From: a virus
Taxonomy: Duplodnaviria > Caudoviricetes
Direction: 5' to 3' (one strand)
Length of the DNA stretch: 64,000 nt
Virus record (IMG/VR): IMGVR_UViG_3300016654_000214
Coordinates: 2,018-66,017 of that record
The position numbers and the translations under genes were made by a program. The notes beneath the pieces were generated by a model that saw nothing but the letters and a program-made list of their open reading frames with translations, was not told where the DNA came from and did not search any database. Shown one piece after another: positions 51,430 through 59,452 of the stretch (its first letter is position 1; every line of letters begins with the position of its first letter).

Positions 51430-51784
51430 CCAATTTGTTAGCACCAACAAAATGGTGCCCGCACGTGAGCTTGTTCAAAAATGGGCAAACGAAACGGACT
51501 ACGACGAACGCAGCTGGCTTTACGAGATCCACATAGCAAACCGCGCTGCTGCGTGGGGAGCTGACCAGCAACTAACAGCAGCTGCGAAATGGTTGGATCA
51601 CAATGCCTTGAATGAACCTCACCTAAGGATCACCCCAGTGGGAGAATCATTGAAAGAAGCGATGCGTCCAAAAAGTGCAAAGGAGCGGGCATTGCACGAT
51701 CTTCATGCTGCTTATAACGCGGATCAAATTGATGACCTTACTTACCAAAATATCCTTTGCGCTTTGGGCCAGCTTGCTGGCTAA
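51422..51784 (+). CDS. Hypothetical protein, MTDQFV...WGADQ family (copy 1)
   Basis: Paralogue of 52236..52589. Confidence 0.65.
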   Translation: MTDQFVSTNKMVPARELVQKWANETDYDERSWLYEIHIANRAAAWGADQQLTAAAKWLDHNALNEPHLRITPVGESLKEAMRPKSAKERALHDLHAAYNADQIDDLTYQNILCALGQLAG

Positions 51785-51817
51785 CTTTACCAACACAAGT
51801 AAAAGCGACTAATCATC

Positions 51818-52168
51818 ATGACTAACCAATTCCGTGTGGCTGGGCAAGACCTTCAGCCCAATTCCATCATCCTTAACACAAGGGACACCAAAGAAATCGC
51901 CAAGTTTACTGAAGACGGTTTCTACTACAAAGGTGAGTTTGTTGATGACGCCGGAGAGGTGCATCGTTTGTTCAAAGAGGTGATGTATGAAATGCAACAC
52001 AGCAAGTGGAAAGATTTGTGTAAAGATCTTGTAAATGATCTTGCGTGGTGGCTTGAAGGTAATTGCAAGCCTTCAGATTATCCAGACAAGGAAGAAGCTA
52101 GTTTTCAATTACTAAAACGTGCTGAAAGCGAGTTAAAACTTGATGAATCCATTAGTGGAAAGGACTAA
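51818..52168 (+). CDS. Hypothetical protein
   Basis: 116-aa ORF. Confidence 0.6.
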   Translation: MTNQFRVAGQDLQPNSIILNTRDTKEIAKFTEDGFYYKGEFVDDAGEVHRLFKEVMYEMQHSKWKDLCKDLVNDLAWWLEGNCKPSDYPDKEEASFQLLKRAESELKLDESISGKD

Positions 52169-52235
52169 TGAGTGTTCCTGATTATCTTTTTTGTGCTTTT
52201 TGTTTGCTCTGTGTCACTTATTATTTTTCAAGACA

Positions 52236-52589
52236 ATGACTGACCAATTTGTTGACGCTAACAAAATGGTGCCGATCACCCCACCGCCGGAGCTGGTAGA
52301 CCAGTGGTGGAGCGAGGTTGGCGAAGTTCGCAGCGCCGGTTTTCGCATTGCTTTACACATCGCCACCCAGGCCGCCCGCTGGGGCGCTGACCAAGAGCTG
52401 GAGGCGTGCTGTGAGTGGCTGGACAATGACGACTTTCGAGAGCTTTCAGAAGAACTCCGCGCCGCCCGCCGCCCCAAGCCGCCGAGCTTGAAGGAGCAGG
52501 CGCTGGAGATTCTGAATGCAAGGTTTGATGCTTTGCCTCCCATCGATGCTGGCACCATCCGCCGCGCTCTCGAATCTCTGCCCTCGTAG
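52236..52589 (+). CDS. Hypothetical protein, MTDQFV...WGADQ family (copy 2)
   Basis: ITPPPELV...WGADQELEACCEWL...KPPSLKEQAL. Confidence 0.65.
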   Translation: MTDQFVDANKMVPITPPPELVDQWWSEVGEVRSAGFRIALHIATQAARWGADQELEACCEWLDNDDFRELSEELRAARRPKPPSLKEQALEILNARFDALPPIDAGTIRRALESLPS

Positions 52590-52609
52590 ACAACATCACT
52601 ACCACCACT

Positions 52610-52825
52610 ATGCCCGTTACAACTATCAAACGATGCCAGTCTGATCCCGACTGGTGGTACACAGTCGAAGATTGCAATGTTGAAGTTTACGATGAGCCGG
52701 ACAGTGGGTTGACAATCAAGGCTCACGATGAGCACAGAAGGGATGGCACCATTCTTCTTTCTATTAACAAGGAGGACGCTTTGTTGATCCGCGATGCTAT
52801 CAATCAGCTTTATCCGCCCTCTTAG
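52610..52825 (+). CDS. Hypothetical protein
   Basis: 71 aa; CACTACCACC leader. Confidence 0.6.
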   Translation: MPVTTIKRCQSDPDWWYTVEDCNVEVYDEPDSGLTIKAHDEHRRDGTILLSINKEDALLIRDAINQLYPPS

Positions 52826-52842
52826 TCCACCTCACTACCACC

Positions 52843-53103
52843 ATGACTAACCCCACCCCACTGAGCCCCGCCGCGCAGGCGGTTGTAGCTGCTATTGAAA
52901 AATTTGACTGGGAATCTGGTCATTTCTCCCGTGAAGAGATTTGGGCTTTATCGAAAGAGGTGACCGCCGCCGCCCTGCGTGCTGCTGCTGCCAATTATCG
53001 TTCCAAAGTGTCATATGCCCTTCCAAATAAATTTGTTAATGGTGTGTTGACTGTTGCAAACGCATTAGATGAAATCGCCGACGAGCTGGAGGGTGCGCAA
53101 TGA
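52843..53103 (+). CDS. Hypothetical protein, LSPAA...AAALRAAA family (copy 2)
   Basis: Shares the ELEGAQ end with copy 1. Confidence 0.65.
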   Translation: MTNPTPLSPAAQAVVAAIEKFDWESGHFSREEIWALSKEVTAAALRAAAANYRSKVSYALPNKFVNGVLTVANALDEIADELEGAQ

Positions 53104-53630
53104 CCACCGACTTTCGCGCCCTGTGCGCTGAGCTAATTGATGTGTGGGACGCCGCCACCGATCAGGATCTGCTCGACATGCACGAGGCGATAGAACGCGC
53201 CCGCGCCGCCCTGGCCAAGCCCGAGCCGGATGGGCCGACGAATCAAGAGATTGAAGAGTGGGCAGACGCTTGCTCCGAAGCGCCGCTGGAAGAACTGGAC
53301 CCAGAGGTTCACGGCTGGAGGCGGTGCTTTACAGCTCAGGAGTTCAGCAAAACAATCCGAGCTGCTTTGGCCCGCTGGGGCCGATCAGATGGACCGGCTG
53401 TGCCCGACGGCAGGGAACCGGCCTCTGTCACTGCTGAGCCTAGCGACGATGAGCTGTTGAGCCTTGAGCAACTGCGCAACGCATGGAACGCTCAGGCAGA
53501 TGCCGCGAACAACTGGGACGAGCTGGGCGTTGACGAGATCATCTGGTGGGCGCAGCGCCAAGCACTCGCCCGCTGGGGCCTCCCAACTACCGAGGAATCC
53601 TCGGCAGCTCAGCCCGCCGCCCCCTCGTAG
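53100..53630 (+). CDS. Hypothetical protein, MTTDFRALC family (copy 2)
   Basis: Modular: DGPT, ALARWG and EPASV blocks. Confidence 0.65.
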   Translation: MTTDFRALCAELIDVWDAATDQDLLDMHEAIERARAALAKPEPDGPTNQEIEEWADACSEAPLEELDPEVHGWRRCFTAQEFSKTIRAALARWGRSDGPAVPDGREPASVTAEPSDDELLSLEQLRNAWNAQADAANNWDELGVDEIIWWAQRQALARWGLPTTEESSAAQPAAPS

Positions 53631-53645
53631 TCGGAGCAACTAATC

Positions 53646-53672
53646 CGTCCTAGGTATGACGTTAAACTGCCT
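53646..53672 (+). ncRNA. Repeated H-type pseudoknot motif, copy 4
   Basis: CGTC-CT-AGGTA-T-GACG-TTAAAC-TGCCT. Confidence 0.65.
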
Positions 53673-53693
53673 TACACCTAACTTCTCGAACTC

Positions 53694-54494
53694 ATGAACT
53701 TTGCATGCATGTACGCGTATCTGTCAGAAGATCCGCGTGAGGTTTTTACCTCTGCAAACTCAACTGCCATGCGGTGCAGCGTTATGCTGCCACCCGTGGG
53801 TAACAAAGCACCAACTCAACTTGACCTCAACATCTATGGCAAAAACGCCGAGCGTTTCTCCAGGCTTCGCAAAGGAACCTATGTCTACGTTCACGGCGCC
53901 AAGCTACGCTTTGACCTTGAGAACAGGACACACTCGCTCCATGGCGGCACTGTTGTACAGGTCAATGATCAGTTCCCGATGCTTAACACCGTCATCCTCG
54001 GCGGGCGTTGCGTTAAAGACATTGCTACAGACGATGCCAGGGCGTTTAAAACTACGGAAAGTGGGTTGATGATCTGCAATCAAACCTTGTCTGTTAATAC
54101 GGGCAGGAACCAAGCAGATCTGTTTAACTTCTATGCCATTAATACGGCAGAAGATAAATTAAACAACGCTGAACTTTTAGTGAATTTCACCAGAAAAGGA
54201 ACAGGGTTGACGATCCAAGGCAGGCTGGTTACTGATGCCTGGAAAGATCCCAATGGTGAAAAGAAATCTCAGACCAAGATTCAGTTGGTGTCTATGACAC
54301 TGGCACCCAAAGGCAATGCTGGACCCACGCAGGAGATCAAGCCGTCGACCACACTGTCGTCTGATTCGGCTGCTCCCCTGTGGGGCGGGCGTGGGTCAGA
54401 AGAGGAAAGTGATCCTTGGTCTGTGACTACGGGTCTGCCGGATCTGCCTGGCCAGTACGGCGCTGCACCTGAATTAGAGGAAGCACCTTTCTAA
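53694..54494 (+). CDS. ssb: Single-stranded DNA-binding protein with two tandem OB folds
   Basis: Two SSB-like halves (RLRKGTYVYVHG; NTVILGGR...TRKGTGLTIQGRLVTDAWKD..GEKKS) and an EEAPF tail. Confidence 0.8.
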   Translation: MNFACMYAYLSEDPREVFTSANSTAMRCSVMLPPVGNKAPTQLDLNIYGKNAERFSRLRKGTYVYVHGAKLRFDLENRTHSLHGGTVVQVNDQFPMLNTVILGGRCVKDIATDDARAFKTTESGLMICNQTLSVNTGRNQADLFNFYAINTAEDKLNNAELLVNFTRKGTGLTIQGRLVTDAWKDPNGEKKSQTKIQLVSMTLAPKGNAGPTQEIKPSTTLSSDSAAPLWGGRGSEEESDPWSVTTGLPDLPGQYGAAPELEEAPF

Positions 54495-54793
54495 TGGAAT
54501 CTCCTATGGATTATGAAGCTGTAGTACCAGTTGGTGTTGAGCTTCCGCACGATACTTTTATGTTGTTGCATCAAGATGGCAATAGCCAGAACATGACAAC
54601 ATTCACAGAAGTATTTGCTGACAACATTGTTCGTCACATTGTTGATTTCTTGCGTGGTTGTGGTCACTACGATGATGTGATTTATGGCTGCATGCGAGAC
54701 ATTGCTGACGAATACTTTGATTGTCAAGAAAAGAAACAGGATGCTTTGCGCTCCAAGTCTTCTGATCTAGACTCAGACTCCGTCCTGGGATGA
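54494..54793 (+). CDS. Hypothetical protein
   Basis: TAATG coupling; IVDFLRGCG motif. Confidence 0.6.
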   Translation: MESPMDYEAVVPVGVELPHDTFMLLHQDGNSQNMTTFTEVFADNIVRHIVDFLRGCGHYDDVIYGCMRDIADEYFDCQEKKQDALRSKSSDLDSDSVLG

Positions 54794-54813
54794 CGTTAAA
54801 AGCACCATGCCCA
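54781..54813 (+). ncRNA. Repeated pseudoknot motif, copy 5 (divergent; overlaps the upstream stop)
   Basis: CGTC-CTGGGAT-GACG-TTAAAA...; S2 possibly TGGG/CCCA. Confidence 0.45.
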
Positions 54814-55928
54814 ACTCAGACATCACCATGACTGCAACTCCGACTGACATGATGACCGATCAGTGGATGGATGAACTTGAATCCGAAACCACTTCTGCAC
54901 CTTCTCTGAAAACCACCAACAAAATGACTGTGAAGAAAACCTCTGCTCTTGCAACCCGTGGGCTGGAATCTTTCAAGATGTTCCAGTCCAAAGAATTTGT
55001 GTCTGGCTACCAGAATCTGGTGACCATTCAGCCGCTGAACAAGTCTAAAACTCGTGGTTGGTTTGTTCGTAAGTCCGATCTGGATACCTGTGGTTGGACT
55101 GCTACGGAAGATCAGTTTGCTAAAGGTTCTGTTATCTGGAACTACAAGCAAACCTTTGGTATGGCACCCAACACCTCCATTGAGGAAGGACTGAACTTCA
55201 CTGAGCCTCGCGTTCAGATCCTGCTGCGTTCTCCCTTAATGGTGGAAGAGACCGGCGGCATGCGCCAAACTATTGGCACCTTTGAGAACCCTGAAGTCAA
55301 GGCCCTGTTTGATGACGACAAGGTTGCCTCTGATTTGGCTAACAGCAAAGGTGAGATGTACAAGCGCCGTTACAGCGTGCGTACCAAATACCTGGTGTAC
55401 ATTCTGACCCAGGACAACAAGCGTGCTCACAAGATTCCGATGGTGCTGACCCTCAAAGGTCTTAATGGCACCGACGTATCTGAGAAGGTACGCATGTATG
55501 AGAAGGAAATGTCCAAGTGCCTGAGCAAGGCGCTCGATGCAGAAGTGCCCTTAAGCTTTAATGAAAAGTTCTACGCCACTACCGTTTTTGCTCCGGTACT
55601 TGCCAATGAAATGCGTGGAGCCAACAACGTTGAGATCTGCGCAATCGAATCTTTTGACATCCCTGATTACAGCACTCAGGAAGATGCCATCGAATCGCTG
55701 AGCCGCATGTCGATTCCTGATGAAGATCGGGAATCAACCTGGAAGTTCCAGGAACTGTTCAACGATTACATCAACATTCATGCCAAGCAGGATGCTGAAA
55801 AGCTTGGTGGTGCCTATGGCATCAAGGATGGTGTCGAGATTCTGCCAGTGTCCCGCACTACAGATCCTGTGGATGTCAAGGCACTGCCTGCTCGTGACCC
55901 CATGACCGGAGAAGACGATTCACTTTGA
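54807..55928 (+). CDS. DUF5895-like protein (putative ssDNA-binding/annealing)
   Basis: RGWFVRKSDLDTCGW, LLRSPL, YLVYILTQDNK..HKIPMVLTLKG; acidic tail; high-expression codon bias. Start may be ATG 54828. Confidence 0.5.
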   Translation: MPNSDITMTATPTDMMTDQWMDELESETTSAPSLKTTNKMTVKKTSALATRGLESFKMFQSKEFVSGYQNLVTIQPLNKSKTRGWFVRKSDLDTCGWTATEDQFAKGSVIWNYKQTFGMAPNTSIEEGLNFTEPRVQILLRSPLMVEETGGMRQTIGTFENPEVKALFDDDKVASDLANSKGEMYKRRYSVRTKYLVYILTQDNKRAHKIPMVLTLKGLNGTDVSEKVRMYEKEMSKCLSKALDAEVPLSFNEKFYATTVFAPVLANEMRGANNVEICAIESFDIPDYSTQEDAIESLSRMSIPDEDRESTWKFQELFNDYINIHAKQDAEKLGGAYGIKDGVEILPVSRTTDPVDVKALPARDPMTGEDDSL

Positions 55929-56177
55929 TGGAATGTCTGGGTTAGTCAGGTCACTTTGTTCAACAGCAACGTTGTTGAAAATAAAGATGTCCTGAACTAA
56001 CCCACGAATAACACCTTGACGTTGAGTGGCGATCCGCGCAAGCAGGGTCGCCATTTCTTTCAAGACACTTACCGAGTTACATTCATCAATGGAACGTTTG
56101 ATTTTTTCTTCCCAGAACTTATCTTCCATTGAAGGTTCGATCTGGAATTTACTTAGTGGGACGTACTTAATTTCCAT
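55920..56177 (-). CDS. Second NblA-like protein (divergent)
   Basis: PSMEDKFWEEKIKRSIDECNSVSVLKEMATLLARIATQRQGVIRGLV aligns to the NblA two-helix pattern with one insertion. Confidence 0.5.
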   Translation of the reverse strand: MEIKYVPLSKFQIEPSMEDKFWEEKIKRSIDECNSVSVLKEMATLLARIATQRQGVIRGLVQDIFIFNNVAVEQSDLTNPDIPSK

Positions 56178-56219
56178 TTGTACACCACATAACAATTCAT
56201 TCTAGTTCTAATTAAACAG

Positions 56220-56426
56220 ATGAATTCTAAAGAAAAAGCTGCAATTGTTACAGCTGGAACGTTTGGTGCAGTAGGTGCCAGTGTACTGGCTGTTGTTGGA
56301 AACCCCGTTGCTTGGGGTCTGCTTGCTTACGCCACGTATCGTGTTGCTAAAAAAGCTTATGCGGCCTACGAACCAGCGTCTAAACTCAAGGGCAAAGAGG
56401 ACCAGGACACGGGCCTCTTCATCTGA
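56220..56426 (+). CDS. Small membrane protein with glycine zipper
   Basis: AGTFGAVGASVLAVVGNPVAWGLLAY. Confidence 0.6.
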   Translation: MNSKEKAAIVTAGTFGAVGASVLAVVGNPVAWGLLAYATYRVAKKAYAAYEPASKLKGKEDQDTGLFI

Positions 56427-56450
56427 TTCCAACTCAACTCAATTCAAATC

Positions 56451-57398
56451 ATGTCAATCAAAACCCACCAGGAACTCAACGCGGCGCAGGCGTGCATCTA
56501 CACGCGGTCAAATCTCCGGCGTGCGTTCAAAGATTTTGACGACACTGACATCGCCGGGATCTATCTGCGAGATGATTCTTGCCTTGTGGTGCGGCGTGAT
56601 GGTAGTGAGCAAACTTACAACCGGCCGCTAATCCAACATGCTTTTATGGATTACACCCAAAGGCTGAAGGATTTCTTTTCATATTTGGGACCTAACTACA
56701 GAGGTCCAAGCATCTGGCACAACAGTGCCTACATTATGTTTAAAGGTTGGCACTATACCCATGCCCTTGGACACATCACAGCCAACGCGCAGCTCCAGGC
56801 GCATTGGGCAGATCGATTCATACATCTATCAGACCCGGCAAAACTTACGGCGCTTCTCCAATCTGACCAAACGGACTTGGGGCATTTGGTGGCGCCGGAC
56901 GGGTTGCGGCTTCCGAATCGCGGGGTTGACCTTGACTCTGAGCTGGAGGAAGAAACCTCAAGCGTACCGGCAGTCAATGCTGAACCTTATTGCTCATGTG
57001 GGTCCTTTCAGCGTCAGCTTCTTAATGTTTCAGAGTTTCAACAAGAGATCCAAGGGTTCAGACCCTGGTGTATTCATCTGACTTGGTTTCACAAATATCG
57101 GGAGTTGCTGTGCAAGCGTACGGAAGCACGCAATGCCAGCCCTGGTGGTACACCTGATAAGTGCGTGGCATGGTGGTACGCACCTCCTTCTGATGCCACC
57201 AGTGATGGACGTTTTGTTTTACTGCACACCAAATCTGGTGCACAAGCACCGCTAACCCATTGGCGTACTTACAAACCTAAAAAAGTGTTTACCCAACATG
57301 ATGCATGGGATTTGTTTTTCAATATGTTGGAGGCAGGCTATGTCCCGTTCCCTGGAATAGCATTACCTCAGCTCCAAGCCGCAGTCAAGAAATCATGA
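56451..57398 (+). CDS. SWIM zinc-finger domain protein
   Basis: YCSCGSF...WCIHL. Confidence 0.7.
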   Translation: MSIKTHQELNAAQACIYTRSNLRRAFKDFDDTDIAGIYLRDDSCLVVRRDGSEQTYNRPLIQHAFMDYTQRLKDFFSYLGPNYRGPSIWHNSAYIMFKGWHYTHALGHITANAQLQAHWADRFIHLSDPAKLTALLQSDQTDLGHLVAPDGLRLPNRGVDLDSELEEETSSVPAVNAEPYCSCGSFQRQLLNVSEFQQEIQGFRPWCIHLTWFHKYRELLCKRTEARNASPGGTPDKCVAWWYAPPSDATSDGRFVLLHTKSGAQAPLTHWRTYKPKKVFTQHDAWDLFFNMLEAGYVPFPGIALPQLQAAVKKS

Positions 57399-57634
57399 CT
57401 GACGACACCAAACAACTTATTGACAGGGCTATTGCTTTGCTTGAAAGTTACCCACCAACTCTTATGTCACAAACAACAGAACGTTACGATCTTGAACTGG
57501 ATCAAGATACGCATTGGGGTCTCGTAAAACTTGGTGCAGAACTTAAGATGCATGCAGAAACCTATGCAGAAGAGGTATTAAAAGCACATGTCGAACACGA
57601 GCTGGGTAAACAAACTTCATGTGGAAGTGATTGA
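57395..57634 (+). CDS. Hypothetical protein (possible ribbon-helix-helix)
   Basis: ATGA-coupled; YDLELDQDTHWGLVKLGAELKMHAETYAEEVL. Confidence 0.55.
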   Translation: MTDDTKQLIDRAIALLESYPPTLMSQTTERYDLELDQDTHWGLVKLGAELKMHAETYAEEVLKAHVEHELGKQTSCGSD

Positions 57635-57803
57635 TGAAGATGACGGCAGTTGCACAATTCGTATTGAATGGGATGAAACTGATCCAGAGTTAGCGGAGTG
57701 GACTAGCTGGGGCGAAGCGGGGCAAAGGGATTTTGTTATTGATGCCCTGTACTCCGCCTTGGAGTGCTTTGTTGACAATGACTTGACAGAGCCGGTAGAC
57801 TAA
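57588..57803 (+). CDS. Acidic small protein
   Basis: 71 aa. Confidence 0.6.
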   Translation: MSNTSWVNKLHVEVIDEDDGSCTIRIEWDETDPELAEWTSWGEAGQRDFVIDALYSALECFVDNDLTEPVD

Positions 57804-57822
57804 CTCCGCTTGCAGGTGAAGC

Positions 57823-57849
57823 CGTCCTGGGCATGACGTAAAACTGCCT
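57823..57849 (+). ncRNA. Repeated H-type pseudoknot motif, copy 6
   Basis: CGTC-CT-GGGCA-T-GACG-TAAAAC-TGCCT. Confidence 0.65.
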
Positions 57850-57872
57850 GCCAACTCAACACATCACAACTC

Positions 57873-57992
57873 ATGATTGAAGCTCTGATGGGAACTTTAC
57901 TTCCCTTTATGAAAGATCTTCTTTGGACAGCAGCCGCAGCGCTGCTGGCCTACACAATCAACAAAGTTCAATCCCATTTCAATCTCATCTGA
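57873..57992 (+). CDS. 39-aa hydrophobic peptide
   Basis: Manual translation MIEALMGTLLPFMKDLLWTAAAALLAYTINKVQSHFNLI after a CACAACTC leader. Confidence 0.55.
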   Translation: MIEALMGTLLPFMKDLLWTAAAALLAYTINKVQSHFNLI

Positions 57993-57994
57993 TC

Positions 57995-58723
57995 ATGACT
58001 CAAGTCACGCAAACTAAACTGGGGGATCTTAATGTCCTTCAGCTGTACGAGCACTATGGTGCCCTGGAACGCTCTCTTCCTCTCCTCACTCCTGAATCCC
58101 AGGACATGGCACGAGCCGAGTTGGAAACTTGCGCCAGGCTACGGTCTGAAAAGGTTGATCGTATCCACTACGCGCTGTCATCCCATGAGGAAGCGCTGGA
58201 GCATATTAAAAAAGAATCGGAGTTGTTGGCTCAAGCTAAACGCCATCACGAGTCGCAGCTTCGGGGATTGAGAAGCTTGTTGAGTTGGCTTAGGCGTGCA
58301 CTGCCTAAAGATGAAAACAAAATTACTGGCCGGAACTATCAGTTTGTTCTAGTTAAGAAGAAAGATCTCACAGTCGAGATCTCCTCTGATGTGGACTCAT
58401 GGGATGCAGATGAGCGTCAGCAATTCTGCATTGAGCAAGAAGTCACCACAACTAAACAAACCGTGGTACGTTCTATGGATGGGACGATCCTCGAAGAGAA
58501 GATCGAACCTAAAACCAAAACTGAAATCATTCCGAATTTAGATGCCATCCGCAACTCGTACAAAGTCGGTCAACGCCTCCCCCATGGAGTCAAAGTCGTC
58601 CAGGAATACAGCATCCGCACCAAGCGAATCATCTCTCAATCCAGCTTGGATTCAAGCTTGGATGCCTTGGAAGCATCCGAACATTTGGGAGAAGTTCTAC
58701 GAGAAATTGGAGCCACCGACTGA
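57995..58723 (+). CDS. Siphovirus Gp157-like (Gam-like) coiled-coil protein
   Basis: EKVDRIHYAL...IKKESELLAQAKRHHESQLRGLR...KITGRNYQF...IPNLDAIR...LPHGVKV. Confidence 0.65.
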   Translation: MTQVTQTKLGDLNVLQLYEHYGALERSLPLLTPESQDMARAELETCARLRSEKVDRIHYALSSHEEALEHIKKESELLAQAKRHHESQLRGLRSLLSWLRRALPKDENKITGRNYQFVLVKKKDLTVEISSDVDSWDADERQQFCIEQEVTTTKQTVVRSMDGTILEEKIEPKTKTEIIPNLDAIRNSYKVGQRLPHGVKVVQEYSIRTKRIISQSSLDSSLDALEASEHLGEVLREIGATD

Positions 58724-58964
58724 TTTGGAAGATGCTCACATCAAGATGAGCTGCCATAATCACGCTGTTGATGATTGTAATTTACAACTGCAAATCAATG
58801 AGCTGGAAACATCCATGCTTTATGACGGCGATGAGGTTCCTCCGTACCAATCCAGTACAGCAGAAGATCTTGAATACAAGAAACTGAAGCTACTGCAAGG
58901 CAAGCGTTTCCACCAAAACGCAGCCCGTGCTTATTGGTATTACATGGTACGGGCGGATAAATAA
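58662..58964 (+). CDS. Hypothetical protein
   Basis: ATG 58662; overlaps the Gp157 3' end. Confidence 0.5.
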   Translation: MPWKHPNIWEKFYEKLEPPTDLEDAHIKMSCHNHAVDDCNLQLQINELETSMLYDGDEVPPYQSSTAEDLEYKKLKLLQGKRFHQNAARAYWYYMVRADK

Positions 58965-58999
58965 CAAGCAATACAATGAATAAATAAGTAAGGGGAACC

Positions 59000-59260
59000 A
59001 TGATCGACGGAAACGTATCCAAATTGCTGGCTGGGTTTACGCAAGATGGAACTCCCCTTGCGGCTATTGTTGGCAGTAAGCAAGAGTGGGGCGTCACAAT
59101 TTTGTGCGCCTCCATGCTTGCTAATGAAGCACTGGCATCTCAGATGACAGCAGAAGAAATGGTTGATGCTGCCATCAACTATTACAACGTCATTCAAGAA
59201 CGGCTTGGTTATTACCAGCAGCAACAAGCACATTCTCTTGAGCGTCTGCTAAATAACTGA
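59000..59260 (+). CDS. Hypothetical protein
   Basis: AAGGGG SD-like site; 86 aa. Confidence 0.65.
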   Translation: MIDGNVSKLLAGFTQDGTPLAAIVGSKQEWGVTILCASMLANEALASQMTAEEMVDAAINYYNVIQERLGYYQQQQAHSLERLLNN

Positions 59261-59318
59261 AATGGAATTGGCTGGGCGTTACGCAGCTTTTTTACTGCCA
59301 ACAGATTTATCTAAAGAA

Positions 59319-59365
59319 GCAGATCCCTCCCGTGAATTTGGGCGGGGGTCTGCTGCTTTTTCTTT
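59319..59365 (+). terminator. Probable terminator
   Basis: GCAGATCCC..CCC / GGG..GGGGTCTGC hairpin plus T tract. Confidence 0.6.
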
Positions 59366-59452
59366 ACGTCGTGATATGCCATCAACCTTGTTTGTTCAGG
59401 ACCATCCTCGACTAGCATTTAACGCGCAAGGTTTAGGCTTTAGCGACGAGCC

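Noticed and set aside
50704-53630. Diversity-generating retroelement
   Set aside because: No reverse transcriptase in the window, and repeat differences are not adenine-specific.
39490-57849. Pseudoknot repeats as a CRISPR array, fluoride riboswitch or pistol ribozyme
   Set aside because: Copies are kilobases apart with no spacers. They share only AAACTGCC with crcB and a stem-loop-TTAAA with pistol, and lack the other conserved nucleotides and helices.
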